From contig JBGPMG010000001.1 of NCBI GenBank assembly GCA_041486815.1, positions 1 to 61,809 of the forward strand: a stretch of DNA of 61,809 nucleotides, read 5' to 3'. Made by a program: the position numbers and the translations under genes. A model generated the notes under the pieces. That model saw only the letters and a list, made by a program, of their open reading frames with translations, ran no database searches and was not told the origin of the DNA. The stretch comes from Candidatus Eiseniibacteriota bacterium. GTDB lineage: Bacteria; Eisenbacteria; RBG-16-71-46; SZUA-252. Shown in pieces: positions 44,935 to 53,445 of the stretch (the first letter of the stretch is position 1; every line of letters starts with the position of its first letter).

Positions 44935-45952
44935 GAAATCGCACCTGGACCGGGATCTCGCCGCTCTGCGAGAGCTCAGCGCTCGAGAGGTACCGGACCT
45001 GGACACCACAGTTCAAACTATTCGCCAGCACGGGCCCGAATCGCGCCCGAGGCTCTGGAACTTCAGGAGGAATGCTATGGCTCTACTTCATTCGGTGCGG
45101 ACTCGCCCGGCCTTTGCAGCGGTCGCCGCGGGAGCGCTTGTGGTCCTCGTCGCCTTGATTGTGCCCGTCTCCTACGAGCGGGTCGCGGGGCAGGACGTCG
45201 CTTTGACGGTCGCGGGAAAAGGAATTGGAGATCGGGAGATCGCAGGGGTCGCCCAGGGGCTCAAGGGCGCGCTGGGTGCGAACGGCGTCACGGTGGAGGC
45301 TTTCCCGGGAACGGATGTCCCGAGCTTCGTGCTCCACGCAACGCTCCCGAAGCGCTCGGGCACCGACGTGCAGCGCTCCACCACCGAGTTCGCTCGCGAG
45401 CTTGCCGCCAAGGGCTATTCGGCCTCGGTCCACGTCACGCCGCACCGCGAGCGCGTGCGCTACCCGGCCGTGGCCTACGCGTTCGACCAGATCATTCGGA
45501 TTAACGTCGATGGAAAGTCGGCCGCCGCGCTCGAGCAGGAGATCCGGGACCGGCTCGCGGAGGCGGGAGTGCCCGATGCGCACGTCTCGGTCACCGACCG
45601 TCCGGAGGGTGGCCGCGAGGTCCGGCTTACGGTGGAACGGCAGCGGGAGGGCGACGTGACGTCCGCCGAGCCTGAGCCCATGCCCCAGGTCATGCTCACG
45701 AAGGATGGCGCGCCGCTCACGGGCGGAGAGCGGATGACGGTTAAGGTTCAGAAGAGAAAGGTCAACGGCGCCGCGTCACTGGTCGTAGAGGTGACGTCCA
45801 ACGGCAAGTCCGCTAAGGCCGAGGTGGCGAATTACGAATCGATGAGCGATTCCGCGCTCGCGGACGCGATCACCGCGCAGCTCAAACAGGCTGGAATCGA
45901 AGCGCGAGTGACGGTTACCGGAGGGAAGGTTTCGATTGAAGCAGTGAAGTAG
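44927..45952 (+). CDS. putative anti-sigma factor: single TM plus three repeated extracytoplasmic alpha/beta modules
   Basis: 341-aa ORF that overlaps the sigma gene stop by 8 nt. TM segment AFAAVAAGALVVLVALIV. Three modules end AKGYSASVHVTP, EAGVPDAHVSVTD and QAGIEARVTVTG. There is no HxxxCxxC zinc motif. Confidence 0.6.
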   Translation: MNEKSHLDRDLAALRELSAREVPDLDTTVQTIRQHGPESRPRLWNFRRNAMALLHSVRTRPAFAAVAAGALVVLVALIVPVSYERVAGQDVALTVAGKGIGDREIAGVAQGLKGALGANGVTVEAFPGTDVPSFVLHATLPKRSGTDVQRSTTEFARELAAKGYSASVHVTPHRERVRYPAVAYAFDQIIRINVDGKSAAALEQEIRDRLAEAGVPDAHVSVTDRPEGGREVRLTVERQREGDVTSAEPEPMPQVMLTKDGAPLTGGERMTVKVQKRKVNGAASLVVEVTSNGKSAKAEVANYESMSDSALADAITAQLKQAGIEARVTVTGGKVSIEAVK

Positions 45953-46013
45953 CGCGTGGATCGGCTGAGTTTCGGAGGCCGACCCCGTAAGTAGCCCATA
46001 AGACTCAATGCAA

Positions 46014-46046
46014 AGCGCTCCAGGGGCTTAAGCCTCCTGGGGCGCT
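46014..46046. repeat. conserved extragenic hairpin, copy C (AGCGCTCCAGGGGC-ttaa-GCC(t)CCTGGGGCGCT)
   Basis: Stem of about 14 bp with one bulge and a G-U pair, 62 nt after the stop at 45952. The left flank CAATGCAAA resembles the CAATACGAA flank of copy A. Confidence 0.7.
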
Positions 46047-46075
46047 CTGCTATGCGGGGAGCCACGTTGAGCCGT

Positions 46076-47020
46076 ATGATCGTGGGCATGACTCGCGCGA
46101 TCTCGGTGGCGGCGCTGCTGCTCCTCGGCCTGCTGGGGGCCTCGGCCTGCTCCCGCTCAGGGACGGAGACCCCGAAAATGAGCGCGGTCGAGGCCGACAC
46201 GCTTCTCAAGTTCTACGCCAAAGACCGCAAGGATACCGAGGAGTGGCTGAAGTCCTCGCCGACTTCCTATCTCGCCACAATCTTACGTCACGATTTCGAG
46301 GACCGCGCCTCACTCACCGTGGGCAGCGCTCCCGGTAACGACGTGCGCATCGAGGACCCGGGGGTCAGGCCGCGGCACCTGAGGGTTACCGTCGTGGGGG
46401 ACTCGTTCCGCGTCGAAACGCTCGACCCCAAAGCGCGCTTCAAAGTGAAAGATGTCGAGATGATGTCGGCGACGCTGCCGCCGAGCGGCATCACGGTGGG
46501 GCGTTTCTCGCTTCGGCTCTCGCACCAGCGCTTCCCGGCCATCATCGTGTACGATCCGCATAGCCCGCGATTCAAGCTCTACAAGGGCATGAAATTCTTC
46601 CCGCCCGACCTCTCCTACCACATCGTCGCGGCGCTCACGCCCAATCCGAAGCCCGACACGACCATCATCCTCTCGACCCGCGGCAACCGGAGGCGCGCCG
46701 TTCGGGTGGGTTGGTTCGACTTCAAGGTGAAGGGCGCGCGCTGCCGCCTCGAGGCGACCCGCCTGCTCGAGCCGGGCGTTGGGGAGAAGGACGTCGAGCT
46801 GTTTTTCACCGATGCCACGACCGGCAAGGAGAGCTATGGCGTGGGGCGCTACCTCGATCCCGTGCTGGGACCCGACGGCTACTACGTGCTCGACTTCAAC
46901 CTCTGCTACGATCCAGCGTGCGCCTACTCGGAGCACTACAACTGTCCGATCCCGCCGCGGGAGAATCGGCTCAAGGTCGCGATTCGTGCCGGCCAGATGG
47001 ACGCGCACTACATGCGCTGA
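46076..47020 (+). CDS. DUF1684-domain lipoprotein
   Basis: Track ORF 46052..47020. ATG 46052 sits 5 nt after hairpin C, so I prefer 46076 or 46088. Lipobox LLGASAC. FFTDATTGKESYGVGRYLD..LDFNLCYDPACAYSEHYNCPIPPRENRL is the DUF1684 signature. Confidence 0.8.
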   Translation: MIVGMTRAISVAALLLLGLLGASACSRSGTETPKMSAVEADTLLKFYAKDRKDTEEWLKSSPTSYLATILRHDFEDRASLTVGSAPGNDVRIEDPGVRPRHLRVTVVGDSFRVETLDPKARFKVKDVEMMSATLPPSGITVGRFSLRLSHQRFPAIIVYDPHSPRFKLYKGMKFFPPDLSYHIVAALTPNPKPDTTIILSTRGNRRRAVRVGWFDFKVKGARCRLEATRLLEPGVGEKDVELFFTDATTGKESYGVGRYLDPVLGPDGYYVLDFNLCYDPACAYSEHYNCPIPPRENRLKVAIRAGQMDAHYMR

Positions 47021-47022
47021 CC

Positions 47023-47964
47023 ATGACTACTCTCCGCGACCGCTACCGAGGCACGCTTCTCGGACTCGCGGTCGGAAACACGCTCGGCCTACCTGTTGAA
47101 TCGTGGCCCAGCGCGGAAATCCGACGGCGATATCCGAAGGGAATTCGCGAGATCGATCCTATGGAGTTCAAGCTCCCCTGGGATGACGATCTGGCGCAAG
47201 CCGTCATTCTCGCCGAGGCGATCATGGAGTACGACACGCTGCGGAATGACGATCTCGCCTCCCGCATGGTGGATTGGTTCGAGTCGAACGGTCGCGGGAT
47301 GGGCGCGCAGACAAGAGCCGTCATCAGCGCCCTTCGGCAAGGCATGCTGCCCTCCGAGGCGGCCAAGCTCATTTGGGAGCGGGACGGCGGGCAACCCGCT
47401 GGAAACGGCGCCGTCATGCGGTGCGCGCCCGTGGCGATGCGGTGGCCAAGCGATCCGGTGAAGCTGCTCGAGGAGACTGAGAACAGCTCACGCGTGACGC
47501 ATTGCGATCCCCGGTGTTCCTGGTCGGCGTTCGCCGTCAATCTGGCTGTGGCGGATGCGCTGAACGGAAAAACGGCCTCGATCGATTCCATCGCGAGCAC
47601 CCTGGAGAGTGCCGGCGTGGGCCCGCACACGCTCCATGGCGTTCGGGACGTAGCGGGGCACTCCCTGGAGCACCTCCGACTCGATGGAAGCGCGATCGGA
47701 TTCACTCTGAAGGCCATGCAGGCAGGACTTTGGTGTTTGGAGCACGCGGAGGATTTCGAGGAATCCCTTGTCGCCGTGATTCAGGCGGGGGGCGACACGG
47801 ATACCAACGGGGCCGTCGCCGGGGCGATATTGGGCGCACTCCACGGCGCGAGCTCGATTCCGGTTCGCTGGGCCAAGCATATTGCCAAGGCCGACCAGCT
47901 CATCTCGCTCGCCGATCGCCTGCTGGATCGGGCTACCGAGGCCGGCCGGGTCAGTTCCCTGTAA
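47023..47964 (+). CDS. ADP-ribosylglycohydrolase family protein
   Basis: Track ORF 46711..47964 trimmed to ATG 47023. YRGTLLGLAVGNTLGLPVE..GNGAVMRCAPV..GGDTDTNGAVAGAILGALHG are the family motifs. Confidence 0.9.
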   Translation: MTTLRDRYRGTLLGLAVGNTLGLPVESWPSAEIRRRYPKGIREIDPMEFKLPWDDDLAQAVILAEAIMEYDTLRNDDLASRMVDWFESNGRGMGAQTRAVISALRQGMLPSEAAKLIWERDGGQPAGNGAVMRCAPVAMRWPSDPVKLLEETENSSRVTHCDPRCSWSAFAVNLAVADALNGKTASIDSIASTLESAGVGPHTLHGVRDVAGHSLEHLRLDGSAIGFTLKAMQAGLWCLEHAEDFEESLVAVIQAGGDTDTNGAVAGAILGALHGASSIPVRWAKHIAKADQLISLADRLLDRATEAGRVSSL

Positions 47965-49423
47965 GATTCTGCGGAGGACTCGGGGGAGTGGAGTCGGCGG
48001 AACCAGAAGGGTGCAAGTACAGAACGGCATCCCCGCTGAAGGGGGGCTGGAACATGCGGGTGGCGCCGCCGGACACGGTACCGCTCAGTGTTGTCTGCTG
48101 TGTCGCCGGACTAAACCATTCCACCTGCATCGTGCCGGAGAAGGTCTGCAAATTCACGGTGAAGGAAGACGATGAAGTGGCGTAGACGAGACACTCGGCA
48201 CTGTTGACCAGGGCGTACCCCGTGGAGGAGATGCTGACGCTAGGGGTAGTGTGGAGCAAGTCCATCCTCCGGGAAAACGTCAGCGTGTTGCCCATCGCGT
48301 TCCGGATCTCAATGCCGTTGGGGATCGGTCCGTTCGTGATCGACTGGGGCACGTCATACCGATCCATGAAGAGCGTATTCAATCCCCGCATGAAGCTCTT
48401 CCAGACCCACGAGCGATCCCCGAAGGAGGACCCCCCTAGATGGTCCGTGTCATTGAAAATGACCTTGCTCCCGCTATTGGCGGGCGGGTTGGAATCGTAG
48501 ACTGACTCCGCGCCAGGGGAGATCCACTCAGCCGCGCTGTTGAACAGGGTGCTGTTGCTGCCACCCGGATATTGATAGGTCATCCCCACGGGATGTTGTT
48601 TTGGCTTCGTGGCTTCATATTGCTTCACAAACTGAATCATGTGGTTTTCCCATGGCGTGGAGTACGAGCCCCCGGGCTCGTTGGCGATCTCGTACAGCAC
48701 ATTGTCGAGGTCGTTCACGCTATTGATCACCCGTCGCACATATTCCTCCTGAATGGCCGTGATCGCGGGCACGGAGAGAGTATGGATATTCGTGATGGCA
48801 CTGCCGAAATCGATCCCGTTGATGTTGTTCACGGAATTGAACGGATGAGAGAGCGCTCCCGGCGCGAACTGTAACTCCCACCCTTCGAACAGCATGATGC
48901 TCACGAATTTCCCACGAGCCTGTGCCAGCGACACGCGCTGCCGGAGACGATCGAAGTAGGCTTGATTCCATTGCGTGAGATCGAATTTGAGATGGCCGGT
49001 ATTGTCGTTGCCCGGTCCGGTGCGGAGCCACGGCTGTGGCCCGGCCCAGACTCGGCGAGCGTAGAGGTTGGCGTTGTTGGGGAAGGGGCCTTCCCAGGCC
49101 CAGAGGCGGATGAAGTTGTGGTTGTATTGATCGAGAAAATCGAGGTAGTGCGCAAAATCAAACGGCTGATTGTCGGCGGGATAGACGTCGTCCATGTCGG
49201 GGAAGTTGTTCCATGTGTGCGAGCCGGTCATGTAGATGGCTTTGCCACAGTCGTTCGTGAAGTAGCGCGGGTTCACCGAGCTCACGCGAAGGACGCCGGA
49301 GATCCCGGTCGTGCTGCATTCGGGTGGGAGGGATTGGGCGAGAAGCGGCTGTTCGGACCCTAGTGATAAGGCGAGCCAACCGGCGCACGCCAGGGCGATG
49401 AAGGAGCGCCTCCGAATCCTCAT
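47951..49423 (-). CDS. secreted clan GH-A-like (TIM-barrel) glycoside hydrolase, paralogue 1, no C-terminal sorting domain
   Basis: Track ORF 47951..49456 trimmed to ATG 49423, which follows AGGAG. MRIRRRSFIALACAGWLAL is a twin-arginine-like signal. NFIRLWAWE and LYEIANEP form a GH5-type acid/base NEP context. Family assigned by eye only. Confidence 0.8.
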   Translation of the reverse strand: MRIRRRSFIALACAGWLALSLGSEQPLLAQSLPPECSTTGISGVLRVSSVNPRYFTNDCGKAIYMTGSHTWNNFPDMDDVYPADNQPFDFAHYLDFLDQYNHNFIRLWAWEGPFPNNANLYARRVWAGPQPWLRTGPGNDNTGHLKFDLTQWNQAYFDRLRQRVSLAQARGKFVSIMLFEGWELQFAPGALSHPFNSVNNINGIDFGSAITNIHTLSVPAITAIQEEYVRRVINSVNDLDNVLYEIANEPGGSYSTPWENHMIQFVKQYEATKPKQHPVGMTYQYPGGSNSTLFNSAAEWISPGAESVYDSNPPANSGSKVIFNDTDHLGGSSFGDRSWVWKSFMRGLNTLFMDRYDVPQSITNGPIPNGIEIRNAMGNTLTFSRRMDLLHTTPSVSISSTGYALVNSAECLVYATSSSSFTVNLQTFSGTMQVEWFSPATQQTTLSGTVSGGATRMFQPPFSGDAVLYLHPSGSADSTPPSPPQNLTGN

Positions 49424-49503
49424 TTCAGAATCTCCTGTAGAGACGCTGGCAGCCAATTCCAGAGGTTTTGAGGATAAACGAATGGCACAGCGGGGGATAG
49501 CTC

Positions 49504-49520
49504 AGCAAGTCTCGTTCCAA
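49504..49520 (-). promoter_or_regulatory. sigma-54-type -24/-12 element, TTGGAACGAGACTTGCT, about 80 nt upstream of the paralogue 1 start
   Basis: The minus-strand sequence matches YTGGCACGrNNNTTGCW at every defined position except one (C to A), with correct GG-N10-GC spacing. Confidence 0.4.
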
Positions 49521-49666
49521 CAACGTCAGAAATCGTACATTTGACTACACCAAAGGGGATCCGCTGGAACGGAGGTATCTGGGCCCACCCCCCTGCGCTA
49601 CCCCGTGCCCTTCGCGAATGGCAGGCTGCACTTGGGTCCGGGCGCTGGCCACCGGCACCACGAACG

Positions 49667-51400
49667 TCACCTGAGGAGCACGAGCCTCTTTGTGAAGGCG
49701 TGCCCGCCCGCCGTCATCCGCACGAACCAAACACCGCTCGAGACCCGACGCCCATCCATCCCTGTGCCGTCCCACCGCAGTTCCCACCGTCCGGCGGGGA
49801 CGGTGCGATTCAGCAGCTCGGCGACCCTTCGACCCGACAGGTCGTAGACATCGATCCGAACCTCTGACGCAACGGGCAGATCGTAGCTGATGCGTGATAC
49901 CGGATTGGCGGGATTCGGCGCGGGCTCGTGAAGTACGAAGCCTCTCGGCGCCGAGCTCGGAGAGGCAACGTCAGTCAGACGCGGCGAAGATAAGTAGAGG
50001 ACGGCATCGCCGCTGAAGGGGGGCTGAAACGTGCGGGTGGCGCCGCCGGCGACAATACCGCTCAGCGTCGTCTGCTGGTTCGCCGGATTGAACCACTCCA
50101 CGCTCATGGAACCTGAGTAGCTCTGCAAGTTCACGGTGAAGGACGAAGACGAAGGGTTGTAGACGAGGCAGTCGGAGCTGTTGACCAGGGCATATCCCGT
50201 GGAGGAGATGGTGACATTCGGGATGGTGTGGAGGAGATCCATCTTGCGGGAATACGTCAGGGTGTTCCCCATCGCGGTGCGCATCGACATTCCGTTCGGG
50301 ATTGGTCCGTTCGTGATCGACTGGGGGATGTCATAGCGATCCATGAAGAGCGTGTTCAACCCCCGCATGAAGCTCTTCCAGATCCACGAGCGATCCCCGA
50401 AGGAGGAGCCCCCCAGATGATCCGTATCATTGAAAATGACCTTGCTCCCACTGTTGGCGGGCGGGTTGGAATCGTAGACCGACTCCGCGCCAGGTGAGAT
50501 CCACTCCGCCATGCTGTTGAACAGGGTGCTGTTGGTGCCGCCCGGCCATTGATAGGTCATCCCAACGGGATGCTGCTTCGGCTTCGTGGCCTCATATTGT
50601 TTGATGAATTGAATCATGTGGTATTCCCACGGCGTGGAGTACGAGCCGCCGGGCTCGTTGGCGATCTCGTACAACACGTTGTCGAGATCGTTCACGCTGT
50701 CGATCACCCGTCGCACATACTCCTCCTGAATCGCCGTGATCGCAGGCACGTTCAGGGTGTGGATGTTCGTGATGGCACCGCCGAAGCTGATGCCACTGAT
50801 GTTGTTCACGGAGTTGAACGGATGCGAGAGCGCACCCGGCGCAAACTGTAGTTCCCACCCTTCGAACAGCATGATGCTCACGAATTTCCCACGAGCTTGT
50901 GCCTGCGACACGCGCTGGCGGAGACGATCGAAGTAGGCTTGATTCCATTGCGTGAGATCGAATTTCAGATGGCCGGTGTTGTCGTTTCCGGGACCGGTGC
51001 GAAGCCACGGCTGGGCTCCGGCCCAGACTCGACGTGGGTAGAGGCCGCCGTCATTCGGAAAGGGACCTTCCCAGGCCCAGAGGCGGATGAAGTTGTGATT
51101 GTACTGATCGAGAAAGTCGAGATAGTGCGCGAAATCGAAGGGCTGATTTTCCGGAGGATAGACGTCGTCCATGTCGGGGAAATTGTTCCACGTGTGCGAG
51201 CCGGTCATGTAGATGGCCTTGCCGCAATCGTTCGTGAAGTAGCGTGGGTTGACGGAGCTGACGCGAAGGGCGCCTGAGATTCCGGTGGTGCTGCACTCGG
51301 GCGGAAGGGATTGAGCGAAGAGTGGAACTTCAGTCCCTACTAGTGAGCCCAGGCAAACCGCGCAGGCCACGGCAATGAAGGACCGCCTTCGCGTCCTCAC
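49667..51400 (-). CDS. secreted clan GH-A-like glycoside hydrolase, paralogue 2, with a C-terminal FlgD-Ig / T9SS-type sorting-like domain
   Basis: Track ORF 49667..51466. Its TTG start is the TTGC of the promoter element, so I prefer GVRTRRRSFIAV with GTG 51400, which is homologous to ATG 49423. Extra C-terminus: PNPANPVSRISYDLP..RIDVYDLSGRRVAEL..WDGTGMDGRRVSSGVWFVRM. Confidence 0.8.
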   Translation of the reverse strand: MRTRRRSFIAVACAVCLGSLVGTEVPLFAQSLPPECSTTGISGALRVSSVNPRYFTNDCGKAIYMTGSHTWNNFPDMDDVYPPENQPFDFAHYLDFLDQYNHNFIRLWAWEGPFPNDGGLYPRRVWAGAQPWLRTGPGNDNTGHLKFDLTQWNQAYFDRLRQRVSQAQARGKFVSIMLFEGWELQFAPGALSHPFNSVNNISGISFGGAITNIHTLNVPAITAIQEEYVRRVIDSVNDLDNVLYEIANEPGGSYSTPWEYHMIQFIKQYEATKPKQHPVGMTYQWPGGTNSTLFNSMAEWISPGAESVYDSNPPANSGSKVIFNDTDHLGGSSFGDRSWIWKSFMRGLNTLFMDRYDIPQSITNGPIPNGMSMRTAMGNTLTYSRKMDLLHTIPNVTISSTGYALVNSSDCLVYNPSSSSFTVNLQSYSGSMSVEWFNPANQQTTLSGIVAGGATRTFQPPFSGDAVLYLSSPRLTDVASPSSAPRGFVLHEPAPNPANPVSRISYDLPVASEVRIDVYDLSGRRVAELLNRTVPAGRWELRWDGTGMDGRRVSSGVWFVRMTAGGHAFTKRLVLLR

Positions 51401-51461
51401 TTGGCGCGCTCGTTGTCGAGTTCGAAGGTACAAAGCTTCTGGCGCATCGCAAGGGCATCTA

Positions 51462-51479
51462 GGCAAGTCTCATTCCAAT
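51462..51479 (-). promoter_or_regulatory. sigma-54-type -24/-12 element, ATTGGAATGAGACTTGCC, upstream of paralogue 2
   Basis: Homologous to the 49504-49520 element. The GG-N10-GC spacing is retained. It has three mismatches to the consensus. Confidence 0.3.
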
Positions 51480-51861
51480 GACGTTCGAACCGCTTGCGCA
51501 GGGAGATCTACACCCAGCGTTTCTGCGCCAACATCCACTCGCTCTTCGCGAAGGACCGCTCGTGATCACCCGGTGCTCCTCAAGAAACATTTCGGCAGTG
51601 GGTCGATTGGGTGAGACCGGTTGCTTTGGGCCAGGAAGTCGCGTTGGCGCTGTGCAATTTGGATCAGACGTGTACCGATCGGTGACAACGCCACAGCCTC
51701 TAGGAGGAGAGATATTCGAGCGACAATCGTCTCGCATGAGCAGACGGAACCGCGGAAAGTCGACCGCATTGGAAGACCTACAAACTATTTTCTTTTGGGG
51801 AGGCGATGAGCCCACTCTTCACGGAGTCGAGCGGACTGGCTCCGCGAGTCGATACCGCCCG

Positions 51862-51893
51862 ACTTACAAGTCTAGCGACCTAACTTACAAGTC
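51862..51893. repeat. 11-bp direct repeat ACTTACAAGTC, two copies spaced 21 bp start to start
   Basis: Copies at 51862-51872 and 51883-51893, inside the 526-bp non-coding gap 51401-51926. An 11-mer local repeat has a non-negligible chance expectation in 62 kb. Confidence 0.3.
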
Positions 51894-51926
51894 GTGCCAG
51901 GGGGGAGGACCTCGCCGGGAGTACGG

Positions 51927-53270
51927 TTAGCGCGGCTGACGGGCTACAGCGTTGAGCGAGATCCGCGTGTCGTCGAAAATGGGAATGCCGTAGAGCAAGG
52001 CAAGCGCCTCGTCTCGTTCTCGACGAAACTCAACCTGCTCCGATGCTGCGATCGAGGGTGCGTTCGGAATCTCGACCGTGAGGGGATCCCGGTGCCTTCC
52101 ATTCTGAAGAAACTCATAATGAAGATGCGGGCCGGTGGCCAGCCCGGACGAGCCGACCCTCCCGATGATCTGGCCCTGATCCACGTGCACGCCGGGCCGA
52201 ACGTCGGGCGCAATGGAACTCAAATGCGCGTATCGCGTCCGAATTTCCTGAGGATGCCGCAGCTCGACGAGCCGGCCATAGGCGCCCATGAATCCCGCCC
52301 GCGTGACAATCCCTGAGGCGGTCGCCTCGACCGGGGCTCCGGCCGGCGCACCGTAGTCGATTCCCTCGTGCGCTCGCCACAGCTTGAGTATGGGATGGTA
52401 GCGTCGAGTCGTGAACCGGCTGGTGATCCGGTAGGGCACCGGATAACGTAGGAACGCTCCCCGAAGAGAACGACCTTCCTCGTCGAAGTAGGCAAATCGT
52501 CCGCCGGGTCGCGGCTGCGGGAAGGAGCGCAAGACCCTGTCTTGATTGCGAAACTCGATCGCGAGAAAGTGGCGGCTTCGGATCGAGCCGTCTGGCCGCA
52601 CCTTTCGTTCCAGGACCACGCGCAAGACGTCACCCCGCCTCAGGTCCCGCGTGAAGTCCACCTTCCAGGCGAATACGTCCGCAAGGTCGTAGACCAATTC
52701 CTCGAAGTCATCCTTCCCGAAGCGGTCCAGGTCTCCCCCCAAACGCGCCGACCACAGGCTCGACTCGATGATGCCGGAGACTCGTACCGTATCCATCACG
52801 AAGGGCACCAGCTCGATCCGTGTCGTCCAAATGGAGTCGGCGCGGACGAAATGCAGGATGGAATCGGGGTTCAACCCGAGGCGAATCCGATCAGGAATGC
52901 TGTCCGATCCGGCCGAGAACCGAAACGGGGTGCCCGGGCGGAGCGAACGGGGGCTCCGGTAGGCCTCGAGGAGTCGGGTGATCTCTCGAATCTGCTCGGT
53001 GTCGAATCCCCTGGAGGCGAGAACCTGGGAGAGAGCAGTTCCCCGGGTCACAAAGTCTCCGCGCCGCGGCGATGCCCACGTCACGCGCTTGAGGGCCAGG
53101 TCGTCGGTTCGCACGAACCGAGGGGAGGGCGGGAAGGTGACCGCCAGAGATAGCGCGAATGTGGCCAGGGTGAGCGCCGCGACCACTGAGGACCCTCGCG
53201 TCGACCCCTTCCGGCGATCTTCGCTCTTTCGTGTCGTTTCGATGAGAGTCCCTCCTCGGCTCCCGGCCAT
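51927..53270 (-). CDS. membrane-anchored M23 family metallopeptidase
   Basis: 447-aa ORF with an N-terminal TM (VVAALTLATFALSLAV). HEGIDYGAPAGAPV..GSSGLATGPHLHYEF contains the HxxxD and HxH zinc motifs. Confidence 0.9.
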   Translation of the reverse strand: MAGSRGGTLIETTRKSEDRRKGSTRGSSVVAALTLATFALSLAVTFPPSPRFVRTDDLALKRVTWASPRRGDFVTRGTALSQVLASRGFDTEQIREITRLLEAYRSPRSLRPGTPFRFSAGSDSIPDRIRLGLNPDSILHFVRADSIWTTRIELVPFVMDTVRVSGIIESSLWSARLGGDLDRFGKDDFEELVYDLADVFAWKVDFTRDLRRGDVLRVVLERKVRPDGSIRSRHFLAIEFRNQDRVLRSFPQPRPGGRFAYFDEEGRSLRGAFLRYPVPYRITSRFTTRRYHPILKLWRAHEGIDYGAPAGAPVEATASGIVTRAGFMGAYGRLVELRHPQEIRTRYAHLSSIAPDVRPGVHVDQGQIIGRVGSSGLATGPHLHYEFLQNGRHRDPLTVEIPNAPSIAASEQVEFRRERDEALALLYGIPIFDDTRISLNAVARQPR

Positions 53271-53445
53271 CGGCCGGGCCCGCTCCGGTCCAGAGACTCT
53301 TTTTCGGCAGAATTAGGCCGATCATCACCCTAATTCCCTTGGCTTTAGGGCCGGCTGGGCCCTGGCTCCGGAGCCGGGAATCGGCTATCCTTGTTGCCCC
53401 AACACCACAACCGGGCTCGACCTGAACGAAGGGAATCCCTGAACG

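Larger units (their letters stand above)
48017..51514 (-). repeat. tandem direct duplication of about 1.5 kb (copy 1 about 48017-49551, copy 2 about 49994-51514)
   Basis: By-eye alignment shows near-identical nucleotide runs through the hydrolase coding regions at an offset of about 1977 nt. Similarity decays in the 5' UTRs, apart from the -24/-12 island and a GGTGTAG block. Confidence 0.85.

Noticed and set aside
51478-51930. 150-aa plus-strand ORF and 118-aa minus-strand ORF inside the 51401-51926 gap.
   Set aside because: They show no coding-like third-position bias, no ribosome-binding site and no recognisable motif. The region is reported as unexplained non-coding DNA instead.
53310-53375. 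8-bp inverted repeat GAATTAGG-N11-CCTAATTC and 12-bp palindrome GGCTCCGGAGCC in the M23/kinase divergent region.
   Set aside because: Inverted repeats of this length are expected many times by chance in 62 kb on both strands. There is no supporting context such as an adjacent regulator gene.
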